A DNA stretch of 64,000 nt from Amoebidium appalachense (GCA_963693365.1 CAVNZM010000009.1:8475408-8539407); one strand, 5' to 3'; shown: positions 1 through 12,948, numbered from the stretch's first letter. The notes: generated from the sequence alone by a model not told the origin. Numbers and translations: made by a program.

Positions 1-86
1 CGGGGAAGGGCGAATGGCGAAGGGAGGGGAGGGGAGGGGGGGGGGGGGGGAGAGAGAGAGAGAGAGGAGAAGGGAAAAAAAAAAAA

Positions 87-117
<31 letters not shown>

Positions 118-556
118 AGGGGAGGGGAGGGAGGGAGGGGAAAAAAAGGGGGGGGGGGGGGAGGAGAGAGAGGGAGAAAAAAAAAAAATGGTGGTGGACA
201 GATCAGAGACGAGACCTCCATTTCAAAACTTACCAGGCAACCCAAAAACCTAGCCGGCTGAGAAAGAAGAACGGCGGAGGAATTGTTTGGGAAAAGGAGC
301 GGGGGGAGAGAGGGGGGGGGGGGGGGGGGAGGGGGGAGAGAGGGGGAGAGGGAGAGAGAGAGAGAGGGAGGGAGAGAACGAGAGAGAACGAAAGAGAGAG
401 AGAGAGGGAGACAGAGAGAGAGCGAGAGGGAGGGAGAGAGAGGGAGAGGGAGAGAGAGAGGGAGAGAGAGAGGGGGGAGGGGGGGGGGGGGGGAGGTGTA
501 GGGGCTGGTAGGGGGGGGGGAGGGGGGGGGGGGGGGGGACGGGATAGAGTGGGGGA

Positions 557-2219
557 CTAGGGAGTGTTGATCTTTTTAGTGATGATGGAGAGTATGTGAG
601 AGGAGTGAACGCCACGGTATATGTGCGGGTGTGTGGCGAGAAAGCTGTGCATTTTGTGGTGCAAGAGTCTAAAGGAGTAGCCTTTGTTAAGCAATGTTTT
701 AGCAAGTCGTGCAGTGCATGTGGTGAATGCAGCAAGTGTGGAGCATTTGCGCTGGTAGCTATGCATTTGACTTGTCATGATGTCGTATTTTGCAGTGCGG
801 GAGATGAATGAGTCGTAATGTGGGAAACGAACGATGTCTAGTGTATTGAACGTGGGTGTGTCGAGCTTGTTGTAGATGGTTGTGTGAATGCCGTGATTAG
901 TGCAGGTGATATGCAAGTCGAGGTAGGGGACAGAGGGGGAGGAACCGGCAGGGTTGAGTTGAAGGCTGGTCTTGGGATATAGACCGAAATCACAATCTTC
1001 TAAATAGAGGTGGGAGAGAATGCGAGGATTATGAAGGGAGATCAAATCATCTATGTGTAGCGGCGAGTAAACTGAAAATCTACCAAGACATCAATGCGGT
1101 CGTGTGCAATAAGCTTGCGAACAAAATCCAACTCATAAGTAAAGAGATAGAAATTAGCCAAGAAAACAGTACAGTTTGTACCCATGGGGATACCAATGTC
1201 CTGTTTGTAGAGGGTATCGCCAAACACAACATATATGTTATCTACGAGGAAACATAGAAAATCCACAAGCTGTGCCTTAGAGAGATGCAGAGAGTGTTCT
1301 TTAGGCTCAAAGGAATCATCCTGGGAATCATCATCTACACGATCCACCCAGGACAACGTGGAGCCGGTTTTCTTAATAAACATGTGTGGTTTGCGAGCGT
1401 CCGTGCATTTTTTGACAAATATTGCGTCAATCAGTGTAGTGAGGCGAGCTTTCAAATCATGCAAGTCAATCTTGGTGTAGAGTGTGGAAAAATCAAACAC
1501 AGACACGGGCGTATTTTCGTGTTGGCGTGTGGTAAGGTTAAGGGCGTTGATTGTGTGTGTGAGTGCGGTGCTATCCGTGAGAATCCAAGAGCTAGTGTTG
1601 TGCGGCAGGTGGGGTTTGACAACATCACACCACATACGTTCGACATCAGGGGAGACGAACTTAAACACACTAGTGAGAAGGCGGGAGAGAGGTTCAACTG
1701 ATGTGGCAGAGGAGTTGGCAATGAAACGGAAGGTGGGTGGTGTTTTGTGCATTTTACTATGGCCTGAAATGTGGGCAAGCGTGCACTGCGACGTCCTGGT
1801 GTGCCTTTTATGTCATGTGTTTTGAGAAATGCAAGGTGTTGTGCAACAATGTCTTTTGGTGCAGTGTTGCAGACGGTGTATGTTGCGGCAGGTGCATGCA
1901 GTTCGGCTGTAATGCTGCTAACGTAGTGTTTTTTGCAGACGATCACGAACGTGTTGCTAGCTTTATCCATTGTGGTGACTACGAAACGTTTTTGGAAGCG
2001 ACGCAGTAGAAGCACAGAAGCTTGTGGTACGTTGTGTGTGTTGGGTGCGTGTTGTGCATATGGCAGGAAGGGGCGACACTTAGTAAAGACGGCGGCTGCC
2101 CACGGATCCAAAGAGGGATAAGCTGCCATACCAAGATCGTACATCTTGTTACAGAAACTTTGCAGCGCCTGTGTCAATAAATTGCTACAGGTGGTGTCCT
2201 CCGTCTGCTCGACCTGCAT
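557..2219 (-). pseudogene. PLE reverse transcriptase region with two frameshifts
   Basis: One A is missing at ~1752 (GTA AAA TGC where VKMHK is expected). A 2-nt insertion at ~1055 (TAC-AC-ATA GAT GAT) breaks YIDD. An in-frame TGA at 2220-2222 separates this region from the endonuclease ORF. Confidence 0.85.
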
Positions 2220-3321
2220 TCAAAACTTGGTTCCAAAATGCATGAGCGATGCAAAGTCTGCGGGCAGGCCGGGAATGTCTAAGCGCGATGTAAGCACGTG
2301 TCCGTGTTGTGGGTGTACGTATGGCGCATAGTGCGGGTCGTTGCAAGGGCAGGGTTGTGCAAGGATGTTTGCAATGGTGTCCTGCGGGAGTCGTGCGGTG
2401 TGTTTGCAGTTGATAGTGGTGTAGCCCAGGGTAGACACATATTTCCACACAGCAGAGATACGGAATTTACGCATTTCAAGCGGCAGGAGAGCATGTATTT
2501 CTTTGTCTTTGATGATGCGTTGCAAAGGGATTCTATCGAGCCCGGAGTTATGAAACACAGACACCAACATCACATGGGGTTGCGACACGTCAACACGTTC
2601 AAGTTCAAAACGACTACGTAATTCACGTTTGAGGCACGCAGCAATCTGTGAAAGGCGGGGTTGAGCAATGCCGGTGGGGAAAGCAAGGAGGTGCTCCTTC
2701 ATCCTAACGATGTTGGAGGTGTTAAAGCGGTGTAGATATGCAGAGGAAAAGATACCACGAGACATAAGACTATCGATGTGCAGTAGGCGGCGTGTGAAGC
2801 AGCGCGAAAGAAACATGCGTGAGGGGTGTATAGGAGGCAGGTTGAGTGCAGGTGCAGGTGCAGGTGCAGGAGAGGGTGGAGGGGGTGTAGGAGGGGGTGT
2901 GTTGTGGAGAGCAAGCCGTGCACGCATATACAGCATGGGGTTGTGCACACGTGTAAAACGATTGCGCGATTGGCGGTGGCTTCGGTATTGCGAATTATAG
3001 CCGGTAGTAGGTACGTGTGCTTGCAGTATGTGAGTCCAGAAACGTTCCCTAGCGAGACACTGCGTTTTATCAGTGTCAGCGTTTGTGCGTGGAAGCTGTT
3101 CGATTGGAAACATAATGAAGCTCTCGTGCCCGTACTTAGCCATATCCCAGTAGAGTGGACGGTTGTGCTCTTTGTGCTTGAAAAGAGCCCATTTTCTACT
3201 GTTTTGCGAATGCCGCTGGAATCTTTCAAAAGCGGATTTGCTAGTTTCGCCAACGTAGCACCTGCCAATCGTTTTGTGGAACACAACATAGATGACGTTG
3301 GTGTCGTGAATAGGATGTAGT

Positions 3322-3397
3322 GCATGCTTGGTGAGGGAGTGTTTGAGTTGAGTTGGGGGGGGGGGGGCATGCTTGGTGAGGGAGTGTTTGAGTTGAG

Positions 3398-3410
<13 letters not shown>
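3322..3410. repeat. Direct duplication of about 35 bp (gcatgcttggtgagggagtgtttgagttgagttggg) at the PLE N-terminus
   Basis: Two copies separated by a G run; the translation shows TQLKHSLTKHA twice. Confidence 0.9.
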
Positions 3411-3431
<21 letters not shown>

Positions 3432-3448
3432 CTTAGAAGGCATACACC

Positions 3449-3482
<34 letters not shown>

Positions 3483-3665
3483 AAGCTTGATGACGGGGAG
3501 CACAATACAGACAAGTTGTAAGCACATCACCGACATAAAAAAACAAAAACAACACATTCGCAACCTAAATAGTGCCCAGCCAGAGAGGGCCCGAGTCATG
3601 GAAAGTACGAGAGTTTGAGTAGCACATTGCAAACTCTTTCCGTTGAAAGTGGGCGAACGTGGTTT

Positions 3666-3708
<43 letters not shown>

Positions 3709-3789
3709 AGGGGGGGTTAACTGGTTTATTTGGAGGTGCAAGTATGCAGGGGGGTGGGGTGGGGTGGGGTGGGGTTGGTGTGTGTGTGT

Positions 3790-3820
<31 letters not shown>

Positions 3821-4305
3821 GGTCGAATGTGTTTCCGAACACAGAGTACACATCCATGACGAACAAGAAAGTGCCGAGTTGCAGCGCATAGACAAAGTAT
3901 GCATCATAAGGGGGCGGGGCAGCAACGAAGATTACAAATAAACACAAAAGAAACCCAAATAGATAAAACCTAAGAAGAGAGGGGGATGGAGGGGGGGGGG
4001 GGGGGGGGGGGGTCGGGCAGATTAGCAAGAATCCTGAACCAAACCCATTCATGATAGACAATTCTATCATTCCTCCACGGCTGAATAATTTTTAAACGTT
4101 ATAAAACAGTTTAACCTCCTTCCCATGGTAATCGTCTCAATTCCTTATAAACGGTAAACCGTAAAAAGCAAGCCTCAATCCCAGGCTGCCCCCTCGGGGA
4201 AGGGGTGGGGAAAGAGGGGCAATGCGAGAAAGGGACAGGAGGCGAGGGGGGGGGGGGGGGGGGGGGGGGGGGGAGGAAGGGGGTGGTGGTGGTGGTGGTG
4301 GTGGT

Positions 4306-4340
<35 letters not shown>

Positions 4341-4456
4341 GATTGAAGGGGGGGGGTTGAAGGGGGAAAAGAGAATCAAATCGTTGGAGAAGAAAGATGA
4401 CTGGAGCTGAGGTTGTGCGCCAAGATGTGTCCATTTTGTGTTTTCAGGGTATATCA

Positions 4457-4705
<249 letters not shown>

Positions 4706-5002
4706 CTAATTAGTAAAAGAAGCGACAACTAACAACACAGGTGGGTCTGTGTGTGCATTTAAGGATCCCACCTGCGCGCGCGCGCGTGTTTGTTGTGAGT
4801 ATGCGTTGGGTGTGTGTGTGTATGTGTGTGTGTGTTGGGGGGGAGGGGGGGAGGAGGGGAAGGGGGGTGAGGGGGTGGGGGGGGGGGGTGGGGGTGGGGG
4901 TGGGGGGGGGGGGGTGGGGGGGGGACGGAATTTATTCTTTTGGGTGAGAGAGTTCACAACTAAAGAAATTGCATTGCGATGTGCTCGTGCACACTTTCTA
5001 TA

Positions 5003-5218
5003 GGCACTTGCAAACAATATCCCGAGTATCAAATATCCCGAAAACATATCCCGCCTCCCGCGACATTTTTCGATATTCAGGGGTACAAAAGAGATTCTTT
5101 CGATATTTAGCAAGCTTTTTGAGTTATTTTGTGATATTCTAAGCTTATTTAACTAGATATATCAGGATATACCCGTTTGATAGTCAGGGGCTATTTTCGG
5201 GATATTATTGCAAGGGCC
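5003..5218. mobile_element. MITE-like element in DHFR intron 2
   Basis: Left end GGCACTTGCAAACAATATCCCGA; reverse complement of the right end GGCCCTTGCAATAATATCCCGA. TA lies on both sides and ATATCCCG is repeated internally. Confidence 0.7.
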
Positions 5219-5447
5219 TAACTCTAACCGAGGGTGCCTAACCATCCTGTATTTTTGCTATGTATGTGACAATGATATATGCCTGGGCACGCATTGTCGC
5301 CTTGTGTTTAATTACGAGCGCCAAAAAGATGCTGCATATGCACACCAAACATGCCCTACCTTCAAAGCAAGCTACCGTTGTCACATGTGCCCGATAGAAC
5401 AAGCTCCTTCCCCCCCCCCCCCCCCCCCCCCCCCCCTCCCCCTTTCC

Positions 5448-5485
<38 letters not shown>

Positions 5486-5590
5486 CCCCCCTCCCTTCTC
5501 CCCGCACATGCACAAACATCAACCCATCAACGATACCAACAACGACCAAAGCCACAAACCATAAACCACATGACTAGGAGTGAAACCTAC

Positions 5591-5637
5591 CGGCTGGCGC
5601 CTCGGAAGTGGTTTTCTTGAAGAATGCCATGTCTCCC
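5591..5637 (-). CDS. DHFR: Dihydrofolate reductase, exon 2 (GDMAFFKKTTSEAPA), 47 nt, absent from the ORF track
   Basis: cttcacag|G GGA GAC ATG GCA TTC TTC AAG AAA ACC ACT...GCC G|gtagg. Gives the DMxFFKxxT motif and joins exons 1 and 3 in frame. Confidence 0.92.
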
Positions 5638-6113
5638 CTGTGAAGTAACAAATGTCAGTAGCAGTAGAATTTCTTAACCAACACAATCACCACTACCACC
5701 ATCGTTGGTAAACAAAACATCAGAATAGAATCGAAAGAAGCATACACGACAATGCGAAAAAAAAAAAATAAAAAAAAAAGTGAAAAGAAGAAAAAAAAAG
5801 AAGAGGAGGAGGAATAAGAAGAAGAAGACACAGGATCTTGGGTGTGGGGTGTGCATAACGTCAGGGGTGTGCCCTTTATCGTGCTTTGGATGTTTTCGGT
5901 AAACGTTTGTTCGCACTTCTTTGCGGAAGTTATTGTGAAGCTAGCACGTGTGTAAGTGTGCCCATGTAAAAGAAGCACAAAAACAGAGTACCAACGGGTA
6001 CAAGACACTGTGGGAGTGGTTGAATGAGTTGAATATGTACTTGTATGGAAGGAAGGGGAGATTGGTGGGCTGGGGGAGGGGGGGGGGGGAGATGGGGGGG
6101 GGATGTAGGGGGG

Positions 6114-6324
<211 letters not shown>

Positions 6325-6588
6325 GTGTGCGTGTCTATGTGTGTGTGTGTTTATGTGCGTGTGTTCGTGTGGGTGTGCATTTATTCTTGCGTGTGCGTGT
6401 GCATTTGTGCCTTTATGCGAGCGTGTGCGTGTTTGTGCCTGTGTGCCGTGTGTGTGCGTGTGTGTGTCTAAGTATGCGTATTGATGCTGCTGCTGCTATT
6501 GCTGGTGGTGGTGGTGGTGTGGAGAAGGGAAATAGTGGGGGAGAGGGGGGGAAGGAAGGGGGGAGGGGGGAGGGGGGAAAAGGGGGGG

Positions 6589-6619
<31 letters not shown>

Positions 6620-6623
6620 CTAC

Positions 6624-6721
6624 TTGAGACGCCATGGCAGACCCCCGTTCTTGCCTATGCCTCCGTCGGAAGCTGCGGCTACAACCAGCGCAAAGCGCCT
6701 CCCTGTTGCAGTGCTAAGCAT
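6624..6721 (-). CDS. DHFR: Dihydrofolate reductase, exon 1 (MLSTATGRRFALVVAAASDGGIGKNGGLPWRLK)
   Basis: N-terminal DHFR motif LVVA...GIGKNGxLPW; donor AA|gtag. The start codon could be further upstream because the frame is open to 6889. Confidence 0.93.
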
Positions 6722-8138
6722 CTTTTTAGAACAAATAGATGGGATGACTATGATGGCTTTCTTGTGTGCTGCTTCTCTTAGCGAAGTTGCACGGTAGATG
6801 GGCCAACTCGCCAAGGCCTTGCTCATAAAGCCCTCCGGTGAACACAAACCGATCCCCATATACTCACCACAGATGTCATTGCCTATCATTGAAAAAACAT
6901 AGATTTACCTACTCTTCGTGTATACCAGCTGCTAATACAGTGATTAGTTTCCTCACAAACCTATAACGGTAGTTATGGTGGTTTTAGGAACAAACACGTG
7001 CCTGTTATGTTATAAAAGGGCTTTTCCCCAGAGGAATACCTTTTCCGTTTCAAAGCGTAATTAATGAAGAACTAGAGTATCGGGTGATCTGTTTTACCCA
7101 AAATCTGCTTTTGGCGCGAAAAGGTTTGCATCCGGGCGTAGGGGTCCGCGCTGAGAGTCATAGTTATAATTAGGGGTGGGTTGCAGTGCACCTAAGAGTT
7201 GGAAAGAGGACAAAGCAACATACATGAACAGAGAGGGAGAGAGAGAAGGGGTGGCATCTCTAGCTGGCCGGCAAATGTGTGTGTTTTTAGGCGTCTTCGT
7301 GCGTAGATGTGAACATGAGGGTGAGGACTTGAAGTGCCATGGTGGGTCCGGGAGCTTCCCTGGGTGGGTAGACGAGTGGGTTGGAACTGTGCGTGTGTCT
7401 GTGTTTATGTTTTAGTGGAGAAGAATAGTGGCGGTGGTGTTGGTGGTGGTGATGGTTGTTAGGATGGGGGGAGGGAGGGGTGGGGGTGGGGGGGTTGGAT
7501 TCGTTAGGGCAGGTGTGGTCATCATGCTCATCTGTATAAGTTTAAGATGTTTGTCATAGGTAACCCCGCTAGGCCATCTCAAGAAGTCTAACAGCTAGCA
7601 CGTGGCAGTTGGTTGAATCTGGGCCAAAGTTGCTTCTTTCGCTTTCTCCTGTAAATTTATCAAGTATTCGGGCTAAAAATGGTCAGGCACAAGGTTTTAC
7701 CCAGCTGTGCCACCCGCAGCCTAAGTTACCATTTGTATATACACAGGACCATCTGCACCGCTCGGCTGCAATTGAAGAGACGTGTTGCAGCTCCTCCCCG
7801 CCCCCCCCCCTTACCCCCCCTCCCCTCTTACCCCCCCCCGCCCCTACCCCCTCTTCCCTCCCCCCCCCACCCACCCACCCTCCCCCCCCCTCACCCCAAT
7901 CCCCTAACCGCCCCTCCCCTCTAGATCTCATCCCGAAATACCTCTCCGAGTAATTTAGTTTGAAAATACACCGAAAAAAGAAGAAACAAAGTGACTATTC
8001 AGAAACCTGATTACATACGTTATCACTTCGTCTGATATGAGTCACTGTGGCAGGAACCGACATCTTCCATCGACTGAGGAGCCACATCATAATCTCAGAA
8101 CCTTATCAGATATCTTAGCCTGGAATGGGAGGATTTCT

Positions 8139-8179
<41 letters not shown>

Positions 8180-8229
8180 GCGTGCGTGTGTGCGTGCGTG
8201 CGTGTGTGCGTGCGTGCGTGCGTGCATAC

Positions 8230-8260
<31 letters not shown>

Positions 8261-8312
8261 TGTGTGTGTGTGTGTGTGTCTGTACGCGTCTGCTGATATG
8301 TGTGCTAACGTG

Positions 8313-8742
8313 TGTTCAACTTGCCCTTCTACTGCTGCTTCTTCTCTTTCGTTATCCATCCTCCCCCTCTTCCCCCCCCCCCCCCCCCCCCCCCTTTTTT
8401 TTCCCCCTCTTTTGTACGTGTATTTGTGTATGTGTGAGGGAGGGAGGGGGGAGGGGGAGGTTCAACTTGCCCTTCTACTGCTGCTTCTTCTCTTTCGTTA
8501 TCCCCCCCCCCCCCCCCCCCCCTTTTTTCCCCCTCTTTTGTACATGTATTTGTGTATGTGAGGGAGGGAGGGGGGAGGGGGAGGTTCAACTTGCCCTTCT
8601 ACTGCTGCTTATTCTCTTTCGTTATCCCCCCCCCCCCCCCCCCCCCCCCCCCGCTCCCCCCCCCCCCTTTTTTTTTCCCCTCTTTTGTATGTGTATTTGT
8701 GTATGTGTGAGGGAGGGAGGGGGGAGGGGGAGGGGAGGGGGA
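8313..8742. repeat. Three tandem copies of a unit of about 125-145 bp
   Basis: gttcaacttgcccttctactgctgctt...cgttatcc[C-run]...cctcttttgta...gtatttgtgtatgtg..gagggaggg recurs at ~8313, ~8460 and ~8584. Confidence 0.92.
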
Positions 8743-9044
8743 TAACTCGCTTTGTGCCTACTCTTTAACAGTCACTCTACTACGGACCTGGCCTATCTTC
8801 TGATATCCAAATATCAATTTGATAACAATGAATATTACTTGATCGATGTGTACAACTTGCGAGCACAAGCAAAGCGCACATTGATAAATCGTTAGAGTGC
8901 CTTCGAATCGCGAATTACTTTATTCCACAAATGAGTCCCGTCCCCTTCCCCCCCCCCCCCCCCCCCCCCCCACCACCACCACCACCACCACCACCACACA
9001 CACACACACACACACACACAAATTCCCCGCTCCACCACCACCGC

Positions 9045-9084
<40 letters not shown>

Positions 9085-10164
9085 GACACACACGAAATTA
9101 CAACACCACCACTGCCGCCACCCCACAACCCACCCACCCATCCACCCACCAATGTTCAAATGGTTATCTGAGGTTTGAGTTTCAAGGGCAGCTGTAGCGG
9201 AGCTAGGAGGGATGGATGGACATAGGGAGGGGGGGGAGAGGGGGCTGGCCAACTTGAATGTGTCACATGTGCCCCTAATCTGCGCGATTGTTTGCCAGGT
9301 ACACAAACCAAGATGTCTACCACACAACACACACCGAGGGGGGGGGGGGGGTTTGAATGCGGAACACGGTACAAAGTACGCATACACGACGAGAAGCATG
9401 GTGCAGGACACATGCAAAGGCAAACATTCAAGTATGCAACATCAGCCATGTGCACAGTATGCGTCATAAGCAGAGCCCATCCTCAGGGAGGACCCAAGTC
9501 ATCAATTGCGTCTGAGTTTCGACCCCTTAGCCCGCGTATATACGACACTCCAACTCAGACAGCAGCATCAACTGAGCTTGGGCGGGTCAACCCGTCTTGA
9601 TCAAAGACGAGCAGGGGGGGGGGGGGGGGGGGAGGGATCTGCGCGAATATTGGCAAGGTGCACAAGCCAAGATACATAACACAACACACACCGGCGGGGG
9701 AGGTGGGGATCAGACCGTATACCAGACAACTGCTTAATTTTTTTTCATACCATGAACGAGAATATGAACCACCTGATATGTACAACACAGATCTGCGAAT
9801 AGATAAACCACTAGATATATCACAACCTGAGCCATAGCAAACATCATATTGTTCCGCAACAGTGTTTGTGGCTCAAAGCATCACTTCCATTCAAAAAGCA
9901 TCTGATGAGTGTCCAGAAATGTTTGACAAGCTTAAGGTTTGCGCACACAGATGTATAGGGATATTAGGGAAATCACATTCAACAATTAATAAAGGCCTTC
10001 AGAAGGTTAAAAATAGAACAAAAAAACAACAAAAGTACAAGAAATGGGAGAAGGCACACTTGCTACATCAAACAACTACTCATACCATTGCTCATTCAAT
10101 CAGCCGGTAAATAATTCAGCATAGTTTCGAGCTTGTGTGTTTGCGTGTAGGGCGCAATTGTGGC

Positions 10165-10217
<53 letters not shown>

Positions 10218-10804
10218 CGTGTGTGTGTGTGTGTGTGTGTGTGCGTGCACATGCGTATGTATGCCGGATGTATGTAGGCGTGTGTGTGGGTTAGTGTGTG
10301 TGTGCGCGCGCCCGTCTTTGTGTTTGCGGGTGTGCGGGTGCACGCGTGTGTGCAGTGCTGGCCAAGAACAGGCTCCGAGTACAAAACATCATCTAGAGTT
10401 ATCATACGATGCATATTGTTTGCTTTGCACTAGTGTGTAAAGGCAAAGGGCAAAAAGACACTTCGCTAAATGGCATCCTCCTTCAAATTACCCCCTCCCC
10501 CCCCAAAACCAACCACCCAGAGTACCAACTTTACACTTCTCGCTCCTTCCTCAACAGAGTGAGAGCAGAAAAAATAAACAGGAAATGATTGAAGGGATTG
10601 AATGGGGGGGTGAGCGGAGAGGGTGGGAACAAGGGGCAACGGAGATGGGGAAAGGGGATGGAGCAGAGCAATAGAGACGTAGGGACAAAGAAAGAGAGAG
10701 AGAAAGAGAGGTTGGGACGGAGAGAGGGGGGGGGGGGGGGGGGGGGGGGGGGGACGACGAGAGAGAGAGAAAGAGAAAGGGAAGGAGAAAGAGGAGAGGT
10801 GCAC

Positions 10805-11677
10805 CTATTCGAGCAAGTCATCAAGGTCATGCGCTTCGGTACTATTGTCGTCTTGCCCCCTTGCGAACTCTCTCCGTTTCCTCCGCGGAGTCCCAAAATC
10901 ATGGTGCGGCAGCGGGGGCAACGAGCTGAAATCACTCACAACCACCGCCTCTGCTCTCCCCAAAGGCACCACTTTAGTCTTTGGAGGGGGTGTATGGGAG
11001 GGAGGCATAACCGGCAGAGTGTTGAAGTGCTCCTCGAGTTGTCTAATTTTCATTTGTGCTTCATCCAGTTCCCGTTCCAATTCATGGACGCGTGATTGTA
11101 GCTCGTTTTCGTTTTCCTTCGCCATTTTATACATCAGGCCCAGCTCCTCCTTGCTAACAGTTGGGAATTCATCACCCAGCTCATTCGGGTTGGAAGTCGG
11201 CTGGGGAAGGTTTCTCCACTGCGGGCCATTCGGCAAGGGCAGACCGATTGGGTCCAAGCCCAGGTCAAGCATCGCGCTCATGATTTTCCTTGTACTTTCC
11301 GGGAACATGGGCAAGGTTTCTGGAATCATTGAAAAAGCGCGTCTTTTTTTGGAAGGTGGGCGTGGTAGCTCCAAAGACAGGCCACGCACCCTCCTGTCCT
11401 CCCAGTACTGGACCTCCTCCTCGTGACTCAACGGCAATCGCTCCTCCGACCCGTGCATAAATCGGCCGTGTGCGTCGAAATGTTCCAACATGAAGTGTCT
11501 TCTGCAAACACGTTGATGGAAGTACGCATCTACGACGGTGTCCGAACTTGCCATGTCCAATTTTTCCAACCATAACCGGCGCAAACGACGAGTTTTTCCT
11601 GTTCCGTCTGGAAGAGGAATGTTTACACCGCCTTGGGTGAGCTCTCGGCGGCAACGTGTTGATGCGCAACTGGGCAT
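10805..11677 (-). CDS. THAP zinc-finger domain protein with coiled coil, 290 aa, intronless
   Basis: N-terminal MPSC-x4-C...LP...RRLW...RVCRRHF matches the C2CH THAP signature with its conserved P, W and F. A heptad stretch follows (LQSRVHELERELDEAQMKIRQLEE). TATA-like TATATA on the minus strand at ~11890. Confidence 0.8.
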   Translation of the reverse strand: MPSCASTRCRRELTQGGVNIPLPDGTGKTRRLRRLWLEKLDMASSDTVVDAYFHQRVCRRHFMLEHFDAHGRFMHGSEERLPLSHEEEVQYWEDRRVRGLSLELPRPPSKKRRAFSMIPETLPMFPESTRKIMSAMLDLGLDPIGLPLPNGPQWRNLPQPTSNPNELGDEFPTVSKEELGLMYKMAKENENELQSRVHELERELDEAQMKIRQLEEHFNTLPVMPPSHTPPPKTKVVPLGRAEAVVVSDFSSLPPLPHHDFGTPRRKRREFARGQDDNSTEAHDLDDLLE

Positions 11678-12948
11678 GTTGGTGAGGCGTGCTTGTTTTC
11701 TTGCGTTCGAAAAAAACGAAAAATATATAAAAGTCGGTGATAAAGGAGACCAACAAAAGACGTGTGATTTCCAAACGTAGCTTGGAGTGTGAAGATGGGA
11801 AAAGCAGGGGGTGGCTATGGGAGTGGGTGGGAAACAGTGCCTTGAGTTTAAGGTATGATAGGAAAAGGAGATAAAACAAGGAGTACTGCCTATATATTCA
11901 ACGCAGATGACAGGAAACCCCTAAAGGGGGTTTGTCCTCCAAACCACATGGACAACAGCGAATATGCTTGGTTGCTTGTATCGCTAGCACTCACGGCTTG
12001 CTTGTTTTGCATGTACTAAGCTATGCTTGGGCACTGTTGAGTGAGTCTGCCTTGATTCTACTCAACGTTTTTTTATAGTTTCTACATAGCCGTCATGTAT
12101 ATATGACACTTGTAATGCATAAAAAAAGTGAATTTGTTTTGTTGTTGTTGGCTATCCTCTCCCTCCGCGAAAATGTCTGTGAACTCTTGGTTGACTTCGT
12201 AGCCCGGCCAGTCAGGATGTCTCGTGCCAACGGCGTCTAATCTAAGCAGGAAAAAAATGGTGCTCTTTCTATTTTCCCCTGCAATGATGTATAACAAGAA
12301 AAGCCAAGCACATGAATTCAAAGAAAACTGTCATATAAGTTTGCCACTTTCTTTGAAAGAAGTTGTGACGGTTATAGCCGAATGGCGGGGAGTTTCGCGG
12401 CCTAACACCAACACTAAATCATAAACTTGCAATCGCATAATCGGACATAATCGATCAAGCGGCTAATGCAACCCAAATTAGTCACCCTCCCGCCGTCCTT
12501 CTCGGCCACACCACGACCACAAGCAAGCTATTCTAAATACTCTGGCCCGGCTGGTACTGCATGTCGTGCTGGCTCTAGGCCTTCGCGCATGTATGGGTTT
12601 GCACCCTGCATTGCAAGGTGAGACGACGACTGGACCCACATCATGGCAAGATGACATCCGAGATGACCAACACCATAACCCTCACCATGGCAACATGGCA
12701 TCCGAGATGACCATGACCAAATTGTAAATCAGCGCAGCAGTTATCTTTCTTACTGTGCAGGTGCACACATGTGCTACTTTTTTTTCGGTCCTTTTTGTGC
12801 GTGTGCCTACCTGACATGCTACCCCAGCGGGGTCAAAGGTTGGATAAGACACGGCTTTTGTGCGTGTGGAGAGGGCGGGGGGGAGGGGGAGAGAGAGAAA
12901 GACAGAGGGAGGGGGGGAGGGGGGAGGGGTTGAGAGGGGTTGAGAAGG

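Larger units (their letters stand above)
557..3632 (-). mobile_element. Penelope-like retroelement with N-terminal GIY-YIG endonuclease then RT (Chlamys/Naiad-type domain order), disrupted
   Basis: Four consecutive minus-strand ORFs join into one protein: GIY-YIG (NVIYVVFHKTIGRCYVGETSKSAFERFQRH...ERFWTHILQAHVPTTGYN), CxC...HxH zinc finger (CPCNDPHYAPYVHPQHGH), DKASNTFVIVCK, K-MHKTPPTFRFIA, FDFSTLYT, KQDIGIPMGTNCTVFLANFYL, RY(I)DDL, VPYLDL, IYNKLD. No endonuclease follows the RT (ORF ends at 557). Element boundaries not identified. Confidence 0.9.

Noticed and set aside
1-556. Gly/Glu/Arg-rich and Pro-rich ORFs here and the many similar VCVC/HTHT/PPPP/ERER ORFs across the window
   Set aside because: They are translations of microsatellites and homopolymer runs.
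7670-8900. Possible plus-strand multi-exon gene (e.g. exon 8772-8895 HSTTDLAYLLISKYQFDNNEYYLIDVYNL)
   Set aside because: No recognisable motif, and no consistent exon chain could be built by eye.
9896-9940. Hammerhead ribozyme core CTGATGA...GAAA
   Set aside because: No stem II can form between the motifs and flanking stems are absent.
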